Assembly: GCA_951406725.2 (NCBI GenBank)
Contig: OX597835.1
Location: 30,938,001 to 31,002,000 of the forward strand
Length of the DNA: 64,000 nt
Source: Octopus vulgaris
Taxonomy: Eukaryota
Reading direction: 5' to 3'
Shown here one piece after another: positions 31,927 to 45,671 of the stretch. Position 1 is the first letter of the stretch. Each line of letters opens with the position of its first letter. Position numbers and translations under genes: made by a program. The notes below the pieces were generated by a model. It did not search any database, had not been told where the DNA came from, and saw only the letters and a list, made by a program, of their open reading frames with translations.

Positions 31927-32102
31927 TATATAAAAAGGAAATGAAGAAAATGCTGACAAAATAATTTAAGTAATTTAAGTAATTTAATTAGGTGAAAGTT
32001 CTTTTTACCGCATAACAAATGCGCAACCGGTAAAAAGAACCTTCACCTAATTAAATTACTTAAATTATTTTGTCAGCATTTTCTTCATTTCCTTTTATAT
32101 AT
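31927..32102. mobile_element. Fold-back element (about 80-bp arms, 17-bp spacer), probably Penelope-like
   Basis: 31927-32010 is the reverse complement of 32028-32102 apart from one 9-bp unit and minor changes; in (TA)n. Confidence 0.75.
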
Positions 32103-32107
32103 ATATA

Positions 32108-32888
32108 TATGAATAAAAAATGGAGTTAACGCAGGTTTAAACAAGTATTTTTACTTTCTACACATGTTTAAAAAATTCCACTGATACTATTCAAAAGAAG
32201 AAATGGTATAAACAATGCAATATTCTCTTCGGAAAAGTGAAAAAAACGAAACTCGTCAATACGACATTTTAGCAAAAAAAATGATGGATTTGTATAGCGA
32301 TAGACAGAACGCTATTAATATTGTTTAAAAAACAACGTTATATGATATAACGTCATAAGCAGCTAACAGAAAGAGTAGGGATATTAATAGTGAATGTTAA
32401 ATATAAAGGAAATTAAAGTTTAAATTCTATATAATGATAGAAACTACTTATATGCACTAAATGTATGTTTCTGCCAATGCTTACATCTGTATGCTCGTTC
32501 TATAACCGTGTTTACTAGAGTATTTTTAGAAAAAATAATGAAAAATAGCTCAGAATTGCAGAGAAGACAGAATTTCTTGCCTTTTTCATATGGTATCGAA
32601 ATTGAGAGGATCAACCATTCTAAATGAAATTGTTCATTTCCGTCACCATTTATTCTTTTGAACAGTATCAGTGGAATTTTCGAAACATGTGTAGAAAGTA
32701 AAAATACTTGTTTAAACCTGCGTTAACTCCATTTTTTATTCATATTATTCAAAATATTCAACGTAAACACGAAGTTTCAACCTTTATAAACAAGGAGTTA
32801 CAACATCTTTACTTGTGAGATTTTTGCTGCCCTGGTAACTATTTATTTATTTTTCCGTGTTAATTTTTAACAAGGTAAAAATACACTC
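32108..32888. mobile_element. Inverted-arm element (about 100-bp arms), probably Penelope-like
   Basis: 32108-32207 is the reverse complement of 32645-32744; cGAAAcatgt motif; TA flanks. Confidence 0.7.
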
Positions 32889-32889
32889 A

Positions 32890-32952
<63 letters not shown>

Positions 32953-32955
<3 letters not shown>

Positions 32956-33075
32956 CGCAGGAGGTGGCTGTGTGGTAAGTAGCCTGCTAACCAACCACAT
33001 GGTTCCAATAGAATAAGTACTAGGCTTACAAAGAATACGTCCAGGGGTAATCTGCTCGACTAAAGTAGGTGCTAT
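32953..33075 (+). mobile_element. SINE family B, internally deleted (tRNA-like head joined to tail)
   Basis: ggcgcaggaggtggctgtgtggtaag head joined directly to tagaataagtactaggcttacaaagaata. Confidence 0.7.
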
Positions 33076-33321
33076 CAACTCGCGTAATCTCCTTCTTCTA
33101 AACAGTACCTCTACCAAACTATGCCTTGCAAATTCTGCCTCATTTTACCTGTCCAACAGTCATAATACACTACAACCCTACCCTCCCAAGTTACTCCAAT
33201 TTTATGCTACCAATAGAAGGGACCCATGGGTGACGGAAACCATCCTTTTGTCATGTCCTATTCACATATTAAACACACTCAGTGTGTGTGCTTATTATTG
33301 GCACAAAGTCCCTCCCGAGTT

Positions 33322-33437
33322 ACTCTTTTTACTCTTTTGCTCTTTTATTTGTTTCAGTCATTTGACTGCGGCCATGCTGGAGCACCTCCTTTAGTCGAGC
33401 AAATCGACCCCTGGACGTATTCATTGTAAGCCTAGTA
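33322..33437 (-). mobile_element. SINE family B 3' tail
   Basis: gtttcagtcatttgactgcggccatgctggagcacc. Confidence 0.8.
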
Positions 33438-33462
33438 ACACTGATAACTTATAGCCGTAAAT

Positions 33463-34590
33463 ATACTGGGACATTTTTTTTCTTTTTAATACAGGAAACA
33501 TATATGAAGCACTCATTTTATGTAACCAAAACCAGCAACCTTAGACATCCGATATTACATTAGTGGATCATCCAACAGCCCCTTCATTAACTTTATGAAG
33601 CTGGCCATTTCGAAAACATGGTCATTGGTAATTATTTATTGCGAGGAAAATCGTGAATACACAACTGACATTTTTCTGTTTTCCGTCTATTTCATCTTGT
33701 CGATTTATAGAAAACAAAATCTAGTACACTTTCTCAATGCATCAAATACTTTCATTTTTCATTCGACACTTACCAATTTTGTTTTTCTTACATTTCCACA
33801 TTTCATTACTTTTTTTATAATGGGTTTTACACTAGCCAAATAAGAGTCACATCGGCTGACTATTGACTCTCGAAGCTGTTTGACATAGCAGCCCGCACTC
33901 CCTCAATAAATAAGAAATATCAGGTTATGTAATCTGCTTTGATAGTTGACTTTTAAAAATTATCAATATATGTTTGTATCATTTCCTTGGACAACCCTGA
34001 AACAAGTGAGATCCTGAGCAGTGCAGTGGAATGGAACAAGATTTTGCAACACTGCAAAAGTTCGGTACAAGCATACACCAATAAGAAGCAGCTACATTTG
34101 ATTGAATTCTTCTTTGCTTAAGAATCTTCGTCATGTTTAATATCAATTCACTTTAAAGCTTTTATTTTTATTTACGTAGGTGTCAGAATGAGGCTAGTGT
34201 GCAAAAAAGGTGGTATTTTTGGTGAAAACGACATGTTCCCAAAACGAGAGAGATGTGGTGCGCGAGCAGACTAGCAACGAAAAGGAAAAAAAAACAACTC
34301 ATTTGGTATCTTTCTCCGACATGCGCAATAGTTACAAACACTGGGTCTAGTGGATGCTTGCCCCCCAGACAGTCTTGGTGTGAGTCTAATGTGGCAATTT
34401 TCACTTGAGCATTAGCACTAATAGCAGGTGGAAAGATGTACAAGAATGTGACAAAATGTTTGGAAAGACGTACGTACAAGCATTCTGGATATCCAGGTCT
34501 TACTCTTGCTGACTAGATTTAAATCTCGTGACTCGAGGTTATTTCATTAGTGATTGTTGCAGCCTCGGATATGCTACTATGTCCCAGTAT
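33463..34590. mobile_element. Possible DNA-transposon remnant
   Basis: Exact 12-bp inverted match atactgggacat / atgtcccagtat bounding 1.13 kb of non-simple DNA; no transposase motif recognised. Confidence 0.3.
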
Positions 34591-34624
34591 TGTCAAGTTG
34601 GACAGAGATCAATTGCCTGATTCC

Positions 34625-34810
34625 AGTGGCGGCTTTCAAATTTTGGCGCAAGGTCAAAAGTTTTGAAAGGAGGTGTTTAAATCGATTACATCCACCTCTA
34701 TTCTTGAGAGGTACTTTATTTTAACAACCCCGGAGAGATGATCGGCAAAGGTGGCTTCAGCGGAATATGAACTCAGGACATAAAAACCCGGAGGAAATAC
34801 TGCAATGGAT
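34625..34810 (-). mobile_element. Degenerate SINE family A
   Basis: accccggagagatgatcggcaaag...tgaactcagg resembles the family A reverse complement. Confidence 0.6.
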
Positions 34811-34844
34811 TCTTCTCTAATGCTTTAATTGATCTGGTCATCTG

Positions 34845-35075
34845 TTTTCTCCTGCGTCACGGCAGCGGGTCACTGCACTTCCATTTTTTTTGTCTTTGAC
34901 AAGCGTTGGTACTTGACATCAGCATGTGCCACAGCTGCACATGACATCAATTAACGTGGATCTCAAGGTGTATTTCAGCCTACTCATTTGGCCTCTGACC
35001 AGCTGGTAACCATGTAACCTTGTCATTGCGGTTCGTGCTGGGATCTCGTCCTTTATTCATAGGACATTAACTTTC
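34845..35075 (-). mobile_element. Degenerate RTE-like LINE C-terminal fragment
   Basis: Minus strand gives VTWLPAGQRP-like motif, similar to RTE W.P.GKRP.GRP. Confidence 0.35.
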
Positions 35076-35241
35076 AGTTGAATTCTTCTGCACTTGATGA
35101 AAAGAGGTAAGGGTGTGAAATAGGTTAATCGAAGTACGTTCTCCTTCATAATGTTATTTTGTCGTCTAATGCCCAGGATTCTTTAGCTGCATCTTTGTTG
35201 GAAAGTATCGATCTGTTTTCCAATTAAAAATAAATAAGTAA

Positions 35242-35315
<74 letters not shown>

Positions 35316-35353
35316 TAATAATAATAATAATGATGGTGATGATGATGATGATG

Positions 35354-35420
<67 letters not shown>

Positions 35421-35440
35421 TAACAATAATAATAATGATA

Positions 35441-35930
35441 AAACTTTAGACAGAAATCATGCCTCCTCATGGATATGACTGTCCCAACCGACATAAATGT
35501 ATCTGTCAAGACCTATCAAAAACTGAGCAAGTATAAAGATCTTGAAATAAAAATTAGCAAAATGTTGAACCTGAAGACTAAAACAATACCTGTTGTCGTA
35601 GGTGCCCTAAGAATGATAGCAAAAGGAGCTGTTTGCTACCTAGCTCAGATACCAGGAAACCTGAAAATGGCAGAAATTCAAAAGATAGTGCTCGTAGGAA
35701 CTGCCCATATCCTACGTAAAATACTTTCTATGTAATCTCAAATTTTAAAACAAACGCATAATTTTCGTATGGTTTCTTAAACAGTCTCTAGAACAACACT
35801 ATGTACAAAACCAAATATATGACACCCTAGGCATAACACCAGCATGAACTTCCAACTTGTTGTCTCTTGAGGTCTCTGGGTGAGACTTAGAGCCAACTTG
35901 TACAAATGCAAAGCAAAAGTCAAACATAGA
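35441..35930 (+). mobile_element. R4/Dong-like retrotransposon 3' fragment (RLE)
   Basis: CLLMDMTVP..KLSKYKDL..PVVVGAL..EIQKIVLVGTAHILRKILSM; homologous to 11527-11826; (TAA)n on both sides. Confidence 0.88.
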
Positions 35931-35956
35931 ATAATAATAATAATAATAATAATAAC

Positions 35957-36328
<372 letters not shown>

Positions 36329-36329
36329 T

Positions 36330-36339
36330 ATTGATGATG

Positions 36340-36424
<85 letters not shown>

Positions 36425-36570
36425 GGAGAAGAAGAAGAAGAAGAAGAAGAAGAAGAAGAAGAAGAAGAAGAAGAAGAGAAGAAGAAGAAGAAGAAGAAGA
36501 AGAAGAAGAAGAAGAAGAAGAAGAAGAAGAAGAAGAAGAAGAAGAAGAAGAAGAAGAAGAAGAAGAAGAA
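36330..36570. repeat. (TAA)n followed by (GAA)n
   Basis: Directly visible. Confidence 0.95.
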
Positions 36571-37511
36571 TACTTTTATGATTTTGAATAAAATATAGTT
36601 AGCATTAATCTGATAATTAAGCATCAAGTTGGAAACATAAATAATACAAATGAACGCCTTCTATTCATAGAAGCGTGTTAAAAATCACTGTAAGCATATT
36701 TGTTAAGTATTGCCTTCATATTCTATTCTACGTATCCCATAATTCTCCGGCCCTACGCCATACCACACACCATAGTATATGTCATATCGTATATTGTAAC
36801 GTATTATGCCATGTCACACTTCTGCATACCATACCACTCTACACTACGCCACCTCAGGAGACAAAAAATAAAGAGAAAAGAAAAAATATCGCTCTACCCC
36901 CACATTGCACAGCATAATATAATACGCAAAATCGAATCGTATGACACGCCGTACTAGATACACCATGCTATACCATTAAAATTATCATATTGTAACATGG
37001 CTCGAAACACAACGGTTTCTCAAACCATATAAAACGCCACGCCACGACACGCCACGCCACAATAACCTCCACACTGCGCTCCAGCAACAGTCCACTACGT
37101 CAGCATGCTATATGAAAGGGAGAGACAGAGGAGCGGGAGACAGAGAGAGAGAGAGAGAGAGAGTGACTGACAGACAGACAAAAAACAGAAGGACCCATAC
37201 ATACACACATATAACTATACATACGTATAAGCATGCACATACGCATACACACACATGTATACATCAAACTATATATCTATCTTCATCTATCTTTATTAGA
37301 GAAAGATTCATAGAGAGAGAGAGAGAGAGAGAGAGAGATAAGGACAAAGTGGGAGAGAGAGTGAAAGAGAGAGGAAGAAAAGCGAAGATCTAGCTATCTA
37401 GTGGAGAGATTGAGATAGAGGAAGAAATATTACGCAGGAGAGAGAGGGGGCAGAGAGAAAGGAATAATGAAGAAGAGAAAGAGAGAGGATGAGCGACAAA
37501 GAGAAAGATAG

Positions 37512-37568
<57 letters not shown>

Positions 37569-38843
37569 CAACGAGAAGGAAAGAAATTACATGGATACAT
37601 GGAAGTTAGACGCAGAAATATCAAAACAAAATGAAAAGAAATATAAACAAAAACAAATAAAACAACAGCAGCAAACACAACAACAATAACAATAACAAAT
37701 TATAGGAATGATGAAAATGAAAACTAAAATAAATGAACGAAGAGAGAGAGAAGAGAGTAAGAAAGAGAGAAAGAAAGAGAGAGAGAAAATGCAAAATGGC
37801 TGCAGTGATCGCTCGTTCGTTAGTCGCTTAGTTGATCAGTTTGGCCATCAAATTCACTCAAGCTAGCGAAAAAAATTGTGTTTCGAATCAGCCGAGCGAC
37901 AGTTTTTTTTTTTGTCTTTCTTTTTCTATTTCTTCTCTTCTACTGCTTCTCTTTCTATTGCACTGGAGCAGTAAGTAACCTTCATATTACCGACCACAAT
38001 TAGGATTACAAGCCTGTACAAAATTATATGGCTTTCACTCCGGTTTTATACATTTCATGATTTCTATATATATTTTCTTTTTATATTTTAATGCTATATA
38101 TTATTTTTATGTTATTTCTATTGATGATTATATTGTAATATTTTCTTTCGCTATCAGTATACTTCTCTATTTTTTTTTTGCTTTTGTATTCCCCCCTCTT
38201 CGAATTTCGCTTTCTTTTTCTTGCAGTTATCGTTGTTATTTTTTAATTCCATATTCTCTCTATATATGTTAGATGGTTGGTTTGTTACAAATTATTTTAT
38301 TCTTTTATATATTTATCTTTGGTGTTATTACTCTTGTTGTTGTTGTTGATATTGTTGTTGATGTTGATACTTATCGTTAGAGAAGTGTTTATAAGGAAGC
38401 ACACGTATGCATATATGCACGTATATGCACGTGTAATCTTATATATGCATACACACCAAAGGGGCATATACACCCTCACATACGTAAAATTACACAAAAT
38501 GCACACTCATGTATATATGCATGTGTATGTATATTTATATATGTTTATACAACTTTATGTATGTATATATATTGTGTGTGTGTATGTATATAAATATGTA
38601 CTTATATATATATATATGTATATATATATATTTATATATGAATATATGCATGTATGTATATATCTATTTATGCATTGGTTAAAATGAAGAAAAACAAAAT
38701 AATTCTAACAGTAACATTAAGATGACATCGAAAAAACTACTTTGTTAAAAACAACAAAATATTTCAATAGCATCAGTCATAACCACAAACGAAATGATGT
38801 TGATGATGATGATGACGATGATGATGGTAATGAACCCGATAAA

Positions 38844-38887
<44 letters not shown>

Positions 38888-39002
38888 GGATGATGATGAT
38901 GATGATGAGGATGATGATGAAGGTGTTTGTGGTGACGCTGTTTCTACTATTGGAATTCGTAGTAATCGTAGCGGTGTTGACGTTTCTACAAGTGACGCGC
39001 CA

Positions 39003-39069
<67 letters not shown>

Positions 39070-39125
39070 CATCATCATCATTATTATTATTATTATCATC
39101 ATCATCATTATTATTATTATTATCA

Positions 39126-39183
<58 letters not shown>

Positions 39184-39203
39184 CATCATCATCATCATCA
39201 TTA

Positions 39204-39293
<90 letters not shown>

Positions 39294-39296
<3 letters not shown>

Positions 39297-39475
39297 CGGT
39301 GAGCGAGCAGATTTGTTAGCACGCTGGACGAAATGCTTAGCAGTATTTAGCCCGGAGTCGACTTATCCTTTTATGCTTTTGGTTTGGAGAAAATAAGTAC
39401 CAGTGAAATACTTGGGTCGATGTAATCAACAAACTCCCCCCCCCCCTCCAAAACATTTCAGACATTGTGCCCATT
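39294..39475 (+). mobile_element. SINE family A, degenerate and deleted
   Basis: ggcggtgagc..gttagcacgctggacgaaatgcttagc..aaataagtaccag. Confidence 0.7.
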
Positions 39476-39480
39476 GCAGA

Positions 39481-39567
<87 letters not shown>

Positions 39568-40219
39568 CGATAGTGATGGTGGTAATTGTGATGGTGGCTA
39601 TGTTGTTAGTAATGGTGGTCTTGGTGGTAGTTTTGACAGGACTGTTTTAGAGTTGATGTCAGTGGTCGGACGTCGGTTCAGGTAGCATTATTGCGGTGGT
39701 GACAATAATGGTAGTGGTGGTAGTGTTTGTGGTGATGGTGGTGGTGGTGGTTTTATTGGTGTAGCGGTGTTTGTGGTGTAGAAGCTACAATTGTATTGGT
39801 GGTAGTGATTTTGTAAGTTGAAGGTGGTAGATAGCAGTGATTGCCGTGGTAGTACTTGTTGTGGTTGTGGTGGTAGTGTCACTGTTGATTGAGGTATGGG
39901 TAGTAGTTGTGATGGTATTGGTGCTAGGAGGGAGTGTTGGAGACCATTGCTACAGTTGATTCATTACAGAAAGCTGTGGAGCCTGTTGGAGGGAAGCAAC
40001 GGCAGAAAGGCTGCAGCAGTTGGGGATTAGGGTGAGGGCGTTGGCGTCGATTCTAGCATCACGTGATGTGAGGGTGTGACAGTGACAAGGGGTGATGGTG
40101 GTGGTAGTGGTCTGTGTATGTGTGTATGTGTGTCTGTGTTTCGTGTTAATGATTTTCAGGTTTGCAGTCCACCATATTATTTTGTTCTGCGTTCTTTTCC
40201 GGTCAGCCGAGCATGTATA

Positions 40220-41060
40220 ACAACAATAACAACACTACCGCGGTCGCCGCCGCCATAGCGACGATGACAACGACGACGACGACCACCACCACCACCACCA
40301 TCACCATCACCACCACCACCATCTCCACCACCACCACCACCACCGTGATCATCATCAACTCTACTAGCACTACCATTTCCAACACCACCAGCGCCGCCGC
40401 CGCCCCCGCCGCCATCATCACCACCATCTCCACCACAATCCTCACAATCATCACCACCTCCCTCATCATCACACCCATCATCATCACCACCACCACCACC
40501 ACCACCACCGAAATCCTTATCACCTCTACTATCACCACCATCTCCAACACAACCACCACCGCCGTCACCATCACCACCACCATCTCTACCACAATCCTCA
40601 CAATCATCACCACCACCATCATCCTCACCACCACCACCACTGCCATCACCAACATAATCATCACCATCACCATCATCATCACAATCACTATCACCACCAC
40701 CAACACCACCACCACCACCAACACCAGCAACACCAACTCAGTACTACTACCCCTCACCGCCACCGCTGCTCCTCGGCTACTGCCTCCTCAAGAACTTTGT
40801 CATCACCACCTCCAACACAACAACTCCGCCTCCATCCCAATTATCACTAAAGCCATTATCATTATCACCCCAACAAACCCCTTCACCGCCACGACAACCA
40901 CCACTCTCGCCATCATAGCCAATCTTGCCTCTACGATTTCTGCCAGCACCAACACCACTACTACCACCAATACTGTTACTAGCATGCCCGTGACCATCCC
41001 TACGACGACACAACTACTATTATCACCGCCACTACCTCTCACATCATTACGAAGAACCAA
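40220..41060. repeat. Degenerate (CAC/CAT)n tract with internal duplications
   Basis: Directly visible; produces the 342-aa Thr/Ile ORF. Confidence 0.85.
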
Positions 41061-41064
41061 CAGA

Positions 41065-41201
41065 GGCGGCGAGCTGGCAGAATTGTTAGCACACTGGACG
41101 AAACGCTTAGCGGCATTTTGCCTGTCGCTACATTCTGAGTTCAAACTCCACCGAGGTCGACTTTGCCTTTCATCCTTTCGGGATCGATAAAATAAGTACC
41201 A
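41065..41201 (+). mobile_element. SINE family A 5' part
   Basis: ggcggcgagctggcagaa...gagttcaaactcc...cctttcatcctttcggg. Confidence 0.88.
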
Positions 41202-41304
41202 CAGGAGTTCTATTACAAAAATTATATCGGAGTAATTGTTATTGTTGCTTATGTTACGACTGCTGCTGTTTTTTCTGTGGTTACCGTTATTTCATCTTCT
41301 TCTT

Positions 41305-41394
<90 letters not shown>

Positions 41395-42366
41395 ACAGCG
41401 CCTCCACTGCTGTTGCTGTTGTAGTTGTTTTTGTTGTTGTTGTTGTTGTTCTTCATATTTATTCTTCATACTTCCTTCTCCTCCCCTTCTCATACCCCTC
41501 CTCATACCCTTCTTCATGCCTCCTCCTCTTCCCCCTCACACCACTCTCATTCGTCTTTTTTTTCTTCCATTTGTTGTATTTGTCAAACCGTCATTACTAA
41601 TATGTTCTTTTCCTATGGAAACTGCCCTTTTGTCAAATGGAGATAAATTGCAGAAAATCGATAACAATGGATTTCTTATCCATTGTTTGAATAAGTTCTC
41701 ATGTACGAACAAATGACAAAAGTTACTGAGTATTAATTCTTAAAGGAATCTATGAGTCTATATGAAATGCCTAAGTGTGACATCATATCGTCTCTGGTTG
41801 ATTCGAAAAGTATAACTGTGTTTATATCCTCTGTCTTTGAAAGAGTTTACCATTAAACTTATAACGTGTGTAAAGTGTTTGTTCTTATCATTTTAAATCT
41901 CAGTCACTCGGAATAAGCTGCATGTGTGTGTGTGTGTGTGTGTCTGTGACAGAGAGTAAGGCACAGAGAGGGAAAGAATATCATGCTCCCTACACACTTT
42001 CGAAACTATCTCGCCTTTTCCGCCTACTTTCCATCGTCAAACATTCACGTGATAGTCACCCAGAAGTTTCTTCCATAATCACTCTCTCGCGCGCGTTATT
42101 CCTTTTTCTGATGTTTGACTGATTGTATATCTACCAATATATTCATGTACATGAACCTTTTGGTTTATTGTATGTCTGTGTTTTGCCTGTCTGTTCTTCT
42201 GTCTGCACATATGTAGCCATGCGTCCTTCTCTCTCCCCTTCTCACTATCAATTTACCTACCTACCTACCTACCTACCTACCTACCTACCTACCTACCTAC
42301 CTACCTACCTACCTACCTTCCTACCTACCTAACAATCTACTTATCGACCTATTGTCTATATATCTG

Positions 42367-42591
42367 TGCTGGCAGAAACGTTAGCGCGCCGAGCGAAATG
42401 CGTAGCCGTATTTTGTCTGCTGCTACGTTCTGAGTTCAAATTCCCCCGAGGTCGACTTTGCCTTTCATCCTTTCGGGGTCGATTAAATAAGTACCAGTTA
42501 CGTACTGGGGTCGATGTAATCGACTTAATCCGTTTGTCTGTCCTTGTTCGTCCCCTCTATGTTTAGCCCCTTGTGGGCAGTAAAGAAATAT
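42367..42591 (+). mobile_element. SINE family A, near full length
   Basis: B-box, central box and tail gccccttgtgggcagtaaagaaata. Confidence 0.9.
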
Positions 42592-42864
42592 ATTTATCTA
42601 TCTATCTATCTATCTATCTTTTTGTCTGTCTATCTATATATATATATCTACCTACCAACCTACCTGTCTGTCTATCTATCAATCTATGTATGTATGTCTA
42701 TCTATCAATCTATGTATGTATGTATGTATGTATGTATGTATGTATGTATCTATCTATCTGTCTATCTGTCAGTCTGTCTGTCTATCTATCTATATATCTA
42801 TCTATCTATCTATCTACGTACCTACTCACCTACCTATCTACCTGTTTGTCTGTCTGACTATCTA

Positions 42865-42896
<32 letters not shown>

Positions 42897-44029
42897 CCTA
42901 CCTACCTGATTGTCTGTCTGTCTGTATACCTATCTTCCTGTATGCTTGTTTGACTACACAAAATGGCCGACATTGTTAACCACACAAACCCTTATTTGTC
43001 GTGGTAATAGCCGTAGCTTCCCTTCTTGTTTCCGCCATTTCTTTTTGTTGCTGCATCCATTAACATTGTTGCAGTTTCTCCGCTTGTTGTGGCTCATATT
43101 GTTATTCTTCTCATTATTGCTGCAGATCCTGAAATGGTGATGGGAGAATTATCTTTCTGCTTGTAATTTCTGTTGTAATATTTGTCCTTTTGCTGTTTTA
43201 ATTTACTCTCGCTTGATGTTATTGATGTTGTTGCATACTGCTTACATTCTTATATACTGTTGGTGGTTGCAGTTGCAGTTGTGGTTGTAGTTGTGGTGAA
43301 CAGTTGAGCTTGTGGTATTGGCCGTTGAAATGTTAGTAGTGGTAGTGTTGGTGGCGGATTATTTGAGGGCTTGAGAAATTGGCGGTGGTGGTGTTAGTGG
43401 TAGTTGTGATGATCGAAGAGGGTATTGGTCAGAAATGGTGGTGGAGATGGTGTTAGTGGTGTTGATGTTTGTGTTGTAGCTGCTGAAGTGTGATGGTGAG
43501 TGGTGTTGATGGTATTTTCGTTGGGGGTGGTCGATACGTTGGATGGTAATAGTAACGGTAGCGGTGGTGTTGTGGTGGTGGTGATTGCTGTGGCGGTAGT
43601 GGCGTCGGTGGTGTTGGTGGTGGTGGGTGATTCTGGTGGTGGTGACGTTTGTAACAATTGTGATGTCTCACTTTGCTGCTGTTGCTGTTGCTGCTTGTGG
43701 TGCTGCTGCTGGTGATGGATGCTGTTGTTGTTATTGTTGTTGCTGTTGGCGTTGTGTGGATTTCACAAGGTTGTGTTTGACAAGAACATACACGGTTATT
43801 AAGTGGTTTGTCACCCAAGCAAACTTCACAACCACCGCCAACACCACCACAGAGCCCCCCCACCTCATACGTAGACATAAATCCACACATACAAACAAGC
43901 CGACACGCCTAAAACCATCACACACACACACACATACACACACATACACACACACACACACATACACACACATACACACACACACACACATACACACACA
44001 CACATATAAATATAACGTGACCCTTCTAA

Positions 44030-44632
44030 TGTGAGTGCGTGTGGAAATGGTGGGTGTTTCTCTCTACTGACTTAATGTGTGTTTGAGTCTGTGTATGAGT
44101 TGGTGTGCGTGTGTGTGTGTACGTATATATGTGTGTATACCTGTTTGACCGTGTGTGTGTTTGTCTGTCTGTGTCGCTGTGTGTGTGTGTATGTATGCGT
44201 GTATGTGTAGTCCGCCTGTGTGTGTAATTGTTCACAAGTCTGTGAGTGTGCTTGTGTGTGTATGCATGCATGTGCATGTGTGTGTGTGTGCGTGTGCCTA
44301 TACGTGTTTAACTGTATGTGTGTTTGTGTGTCTGTGTGGCTTTGTGTGTGTGTGTATGTATATGCATGTGTGCATGTGTGTATCCGTCCGTGTGTGTAAT
44401 TCACCATATGTCTGTGTGTGTATGTGTGAGTGTATGTGTGTCTGCGTGTGCGAATAGGTGTGTCTGTTCGTGTGTGTGATTGTGCGTGCGTGTGAGTCTG
44501 TGTGTATGTGTGTGTACGTGTATATATGTATGTGTATACGTATTTGACCGCGTGCGTGTTTGTCCGTGTGTGTGGCTATGTATATGCATGTATGTGTGTG
44601 TGTGCGTCCGTCCGTGTGTGTATTTGCGTATA

Positions 44633-44667
<35 letters not shown>

Positions 44668-44960
44668 AGTTCCGTTTTTGTGTGTGTGTCTGCTTCTCCA
44701 TGTATGTATTTGTATCCGCACTCGTGAGTCTTTGAGTGTGCTTTGAGTGTGCCAGGTTACTGACTCCGTATGTGTATATATGTGTGTATGCGTATGTCTG
44801 TGTGGGCTTCACACTCTGCGTACCTGTGTTTGTGTGTGCATGCGCGGGTGTGTGTGTCTATACCTTGAGACTATAGTCTGTGTATGTGTATGTGTGTGTA
44901 TGTGTGTGTGTGAGCCTGTCCATGTGAATGTGTGTAAAAGTGTGTGTGTATGTGTGCGCG
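44030..44960. repeat. Degenerate (GT)n with cryptic ~200-bp higher-order units
   Basis: ttt(g/a)ac(c/t)g and tccg(c/t)c(t/c)gtgtgtgta motifs recur three times. Confidence 0.65.
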
Positions 44961-45596
44961 GGGGGGGGGGGGGGATTATGCTTTTGTTGATGGCAAAGGA
45001 ATGAAGAGAAGAAAACAACAAAAACCACACACGCAAAAAAAATAATAAAAACGCAAAACAAAATAGAAAGAAGAAAGGAAGAAAGGAAGGAAGGAAGGAA
45101 GGAAGAAATGAAGATTGAAGATTTAAAAGAAAAAAGAAGGAAATAAATGAAAGAAAGATGGCGGATCACGGTAGGTGGGGTGTATGGGGTGGGGGTGGGG
45201 GTTATAAAGTGTGCAGACTAAGAATGTTGTAATTATAGCGTTGCATATACACTTAGTATGAAATGGTGCAAAACATGTGCAGCTCCGGAGAGGCGGAGCA
45301 GCATCCGAAGTGCACTACGATGCGTCGATATCAATTGTCTCGACTCTTAACTGGAAGAGGAGTAGAGTAAACGAGCGGTTGTGGGAGGAAGGGGAGGAGT
45401 AATGGGAAAGGTAATGAGAGCGGGGAGAGAGAGGGAGAGAGAGAGGATATTTATGAGAGGGGATATTTATGAGCATTCGTTGGAGAGGGACAGAGAGAGA
45501 GGGAGAGAGAGGGAAAGAGAGAGAGAAAGGAAGTAAATGTGAGGGTGAAAGGGAGTGGAGTGTATGTGCTTGTATATCACAGAAATATTATATCTG

Positions 45597-45671
<75 letters not shown>

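Noticed and set aside
33075-33320. LFRRRRLRE peptide suggesting a LINE C-terminus
   Set aside because: One short motif only
40057-40068. Palindromic E-box catcacgtgatg
   Set aside because: Single short motif with no supporting context
41065-41150. tRNA gene
   Set aside because: B-box present but no cloverleaf, and it continues into a SINE body found in many copies
40162-41190. 342-aa Thr-rich ORF resembling a mucin
   Set aside because: Translation of degenerate (CAC)n running into a SINE; non-ATG start; no domain
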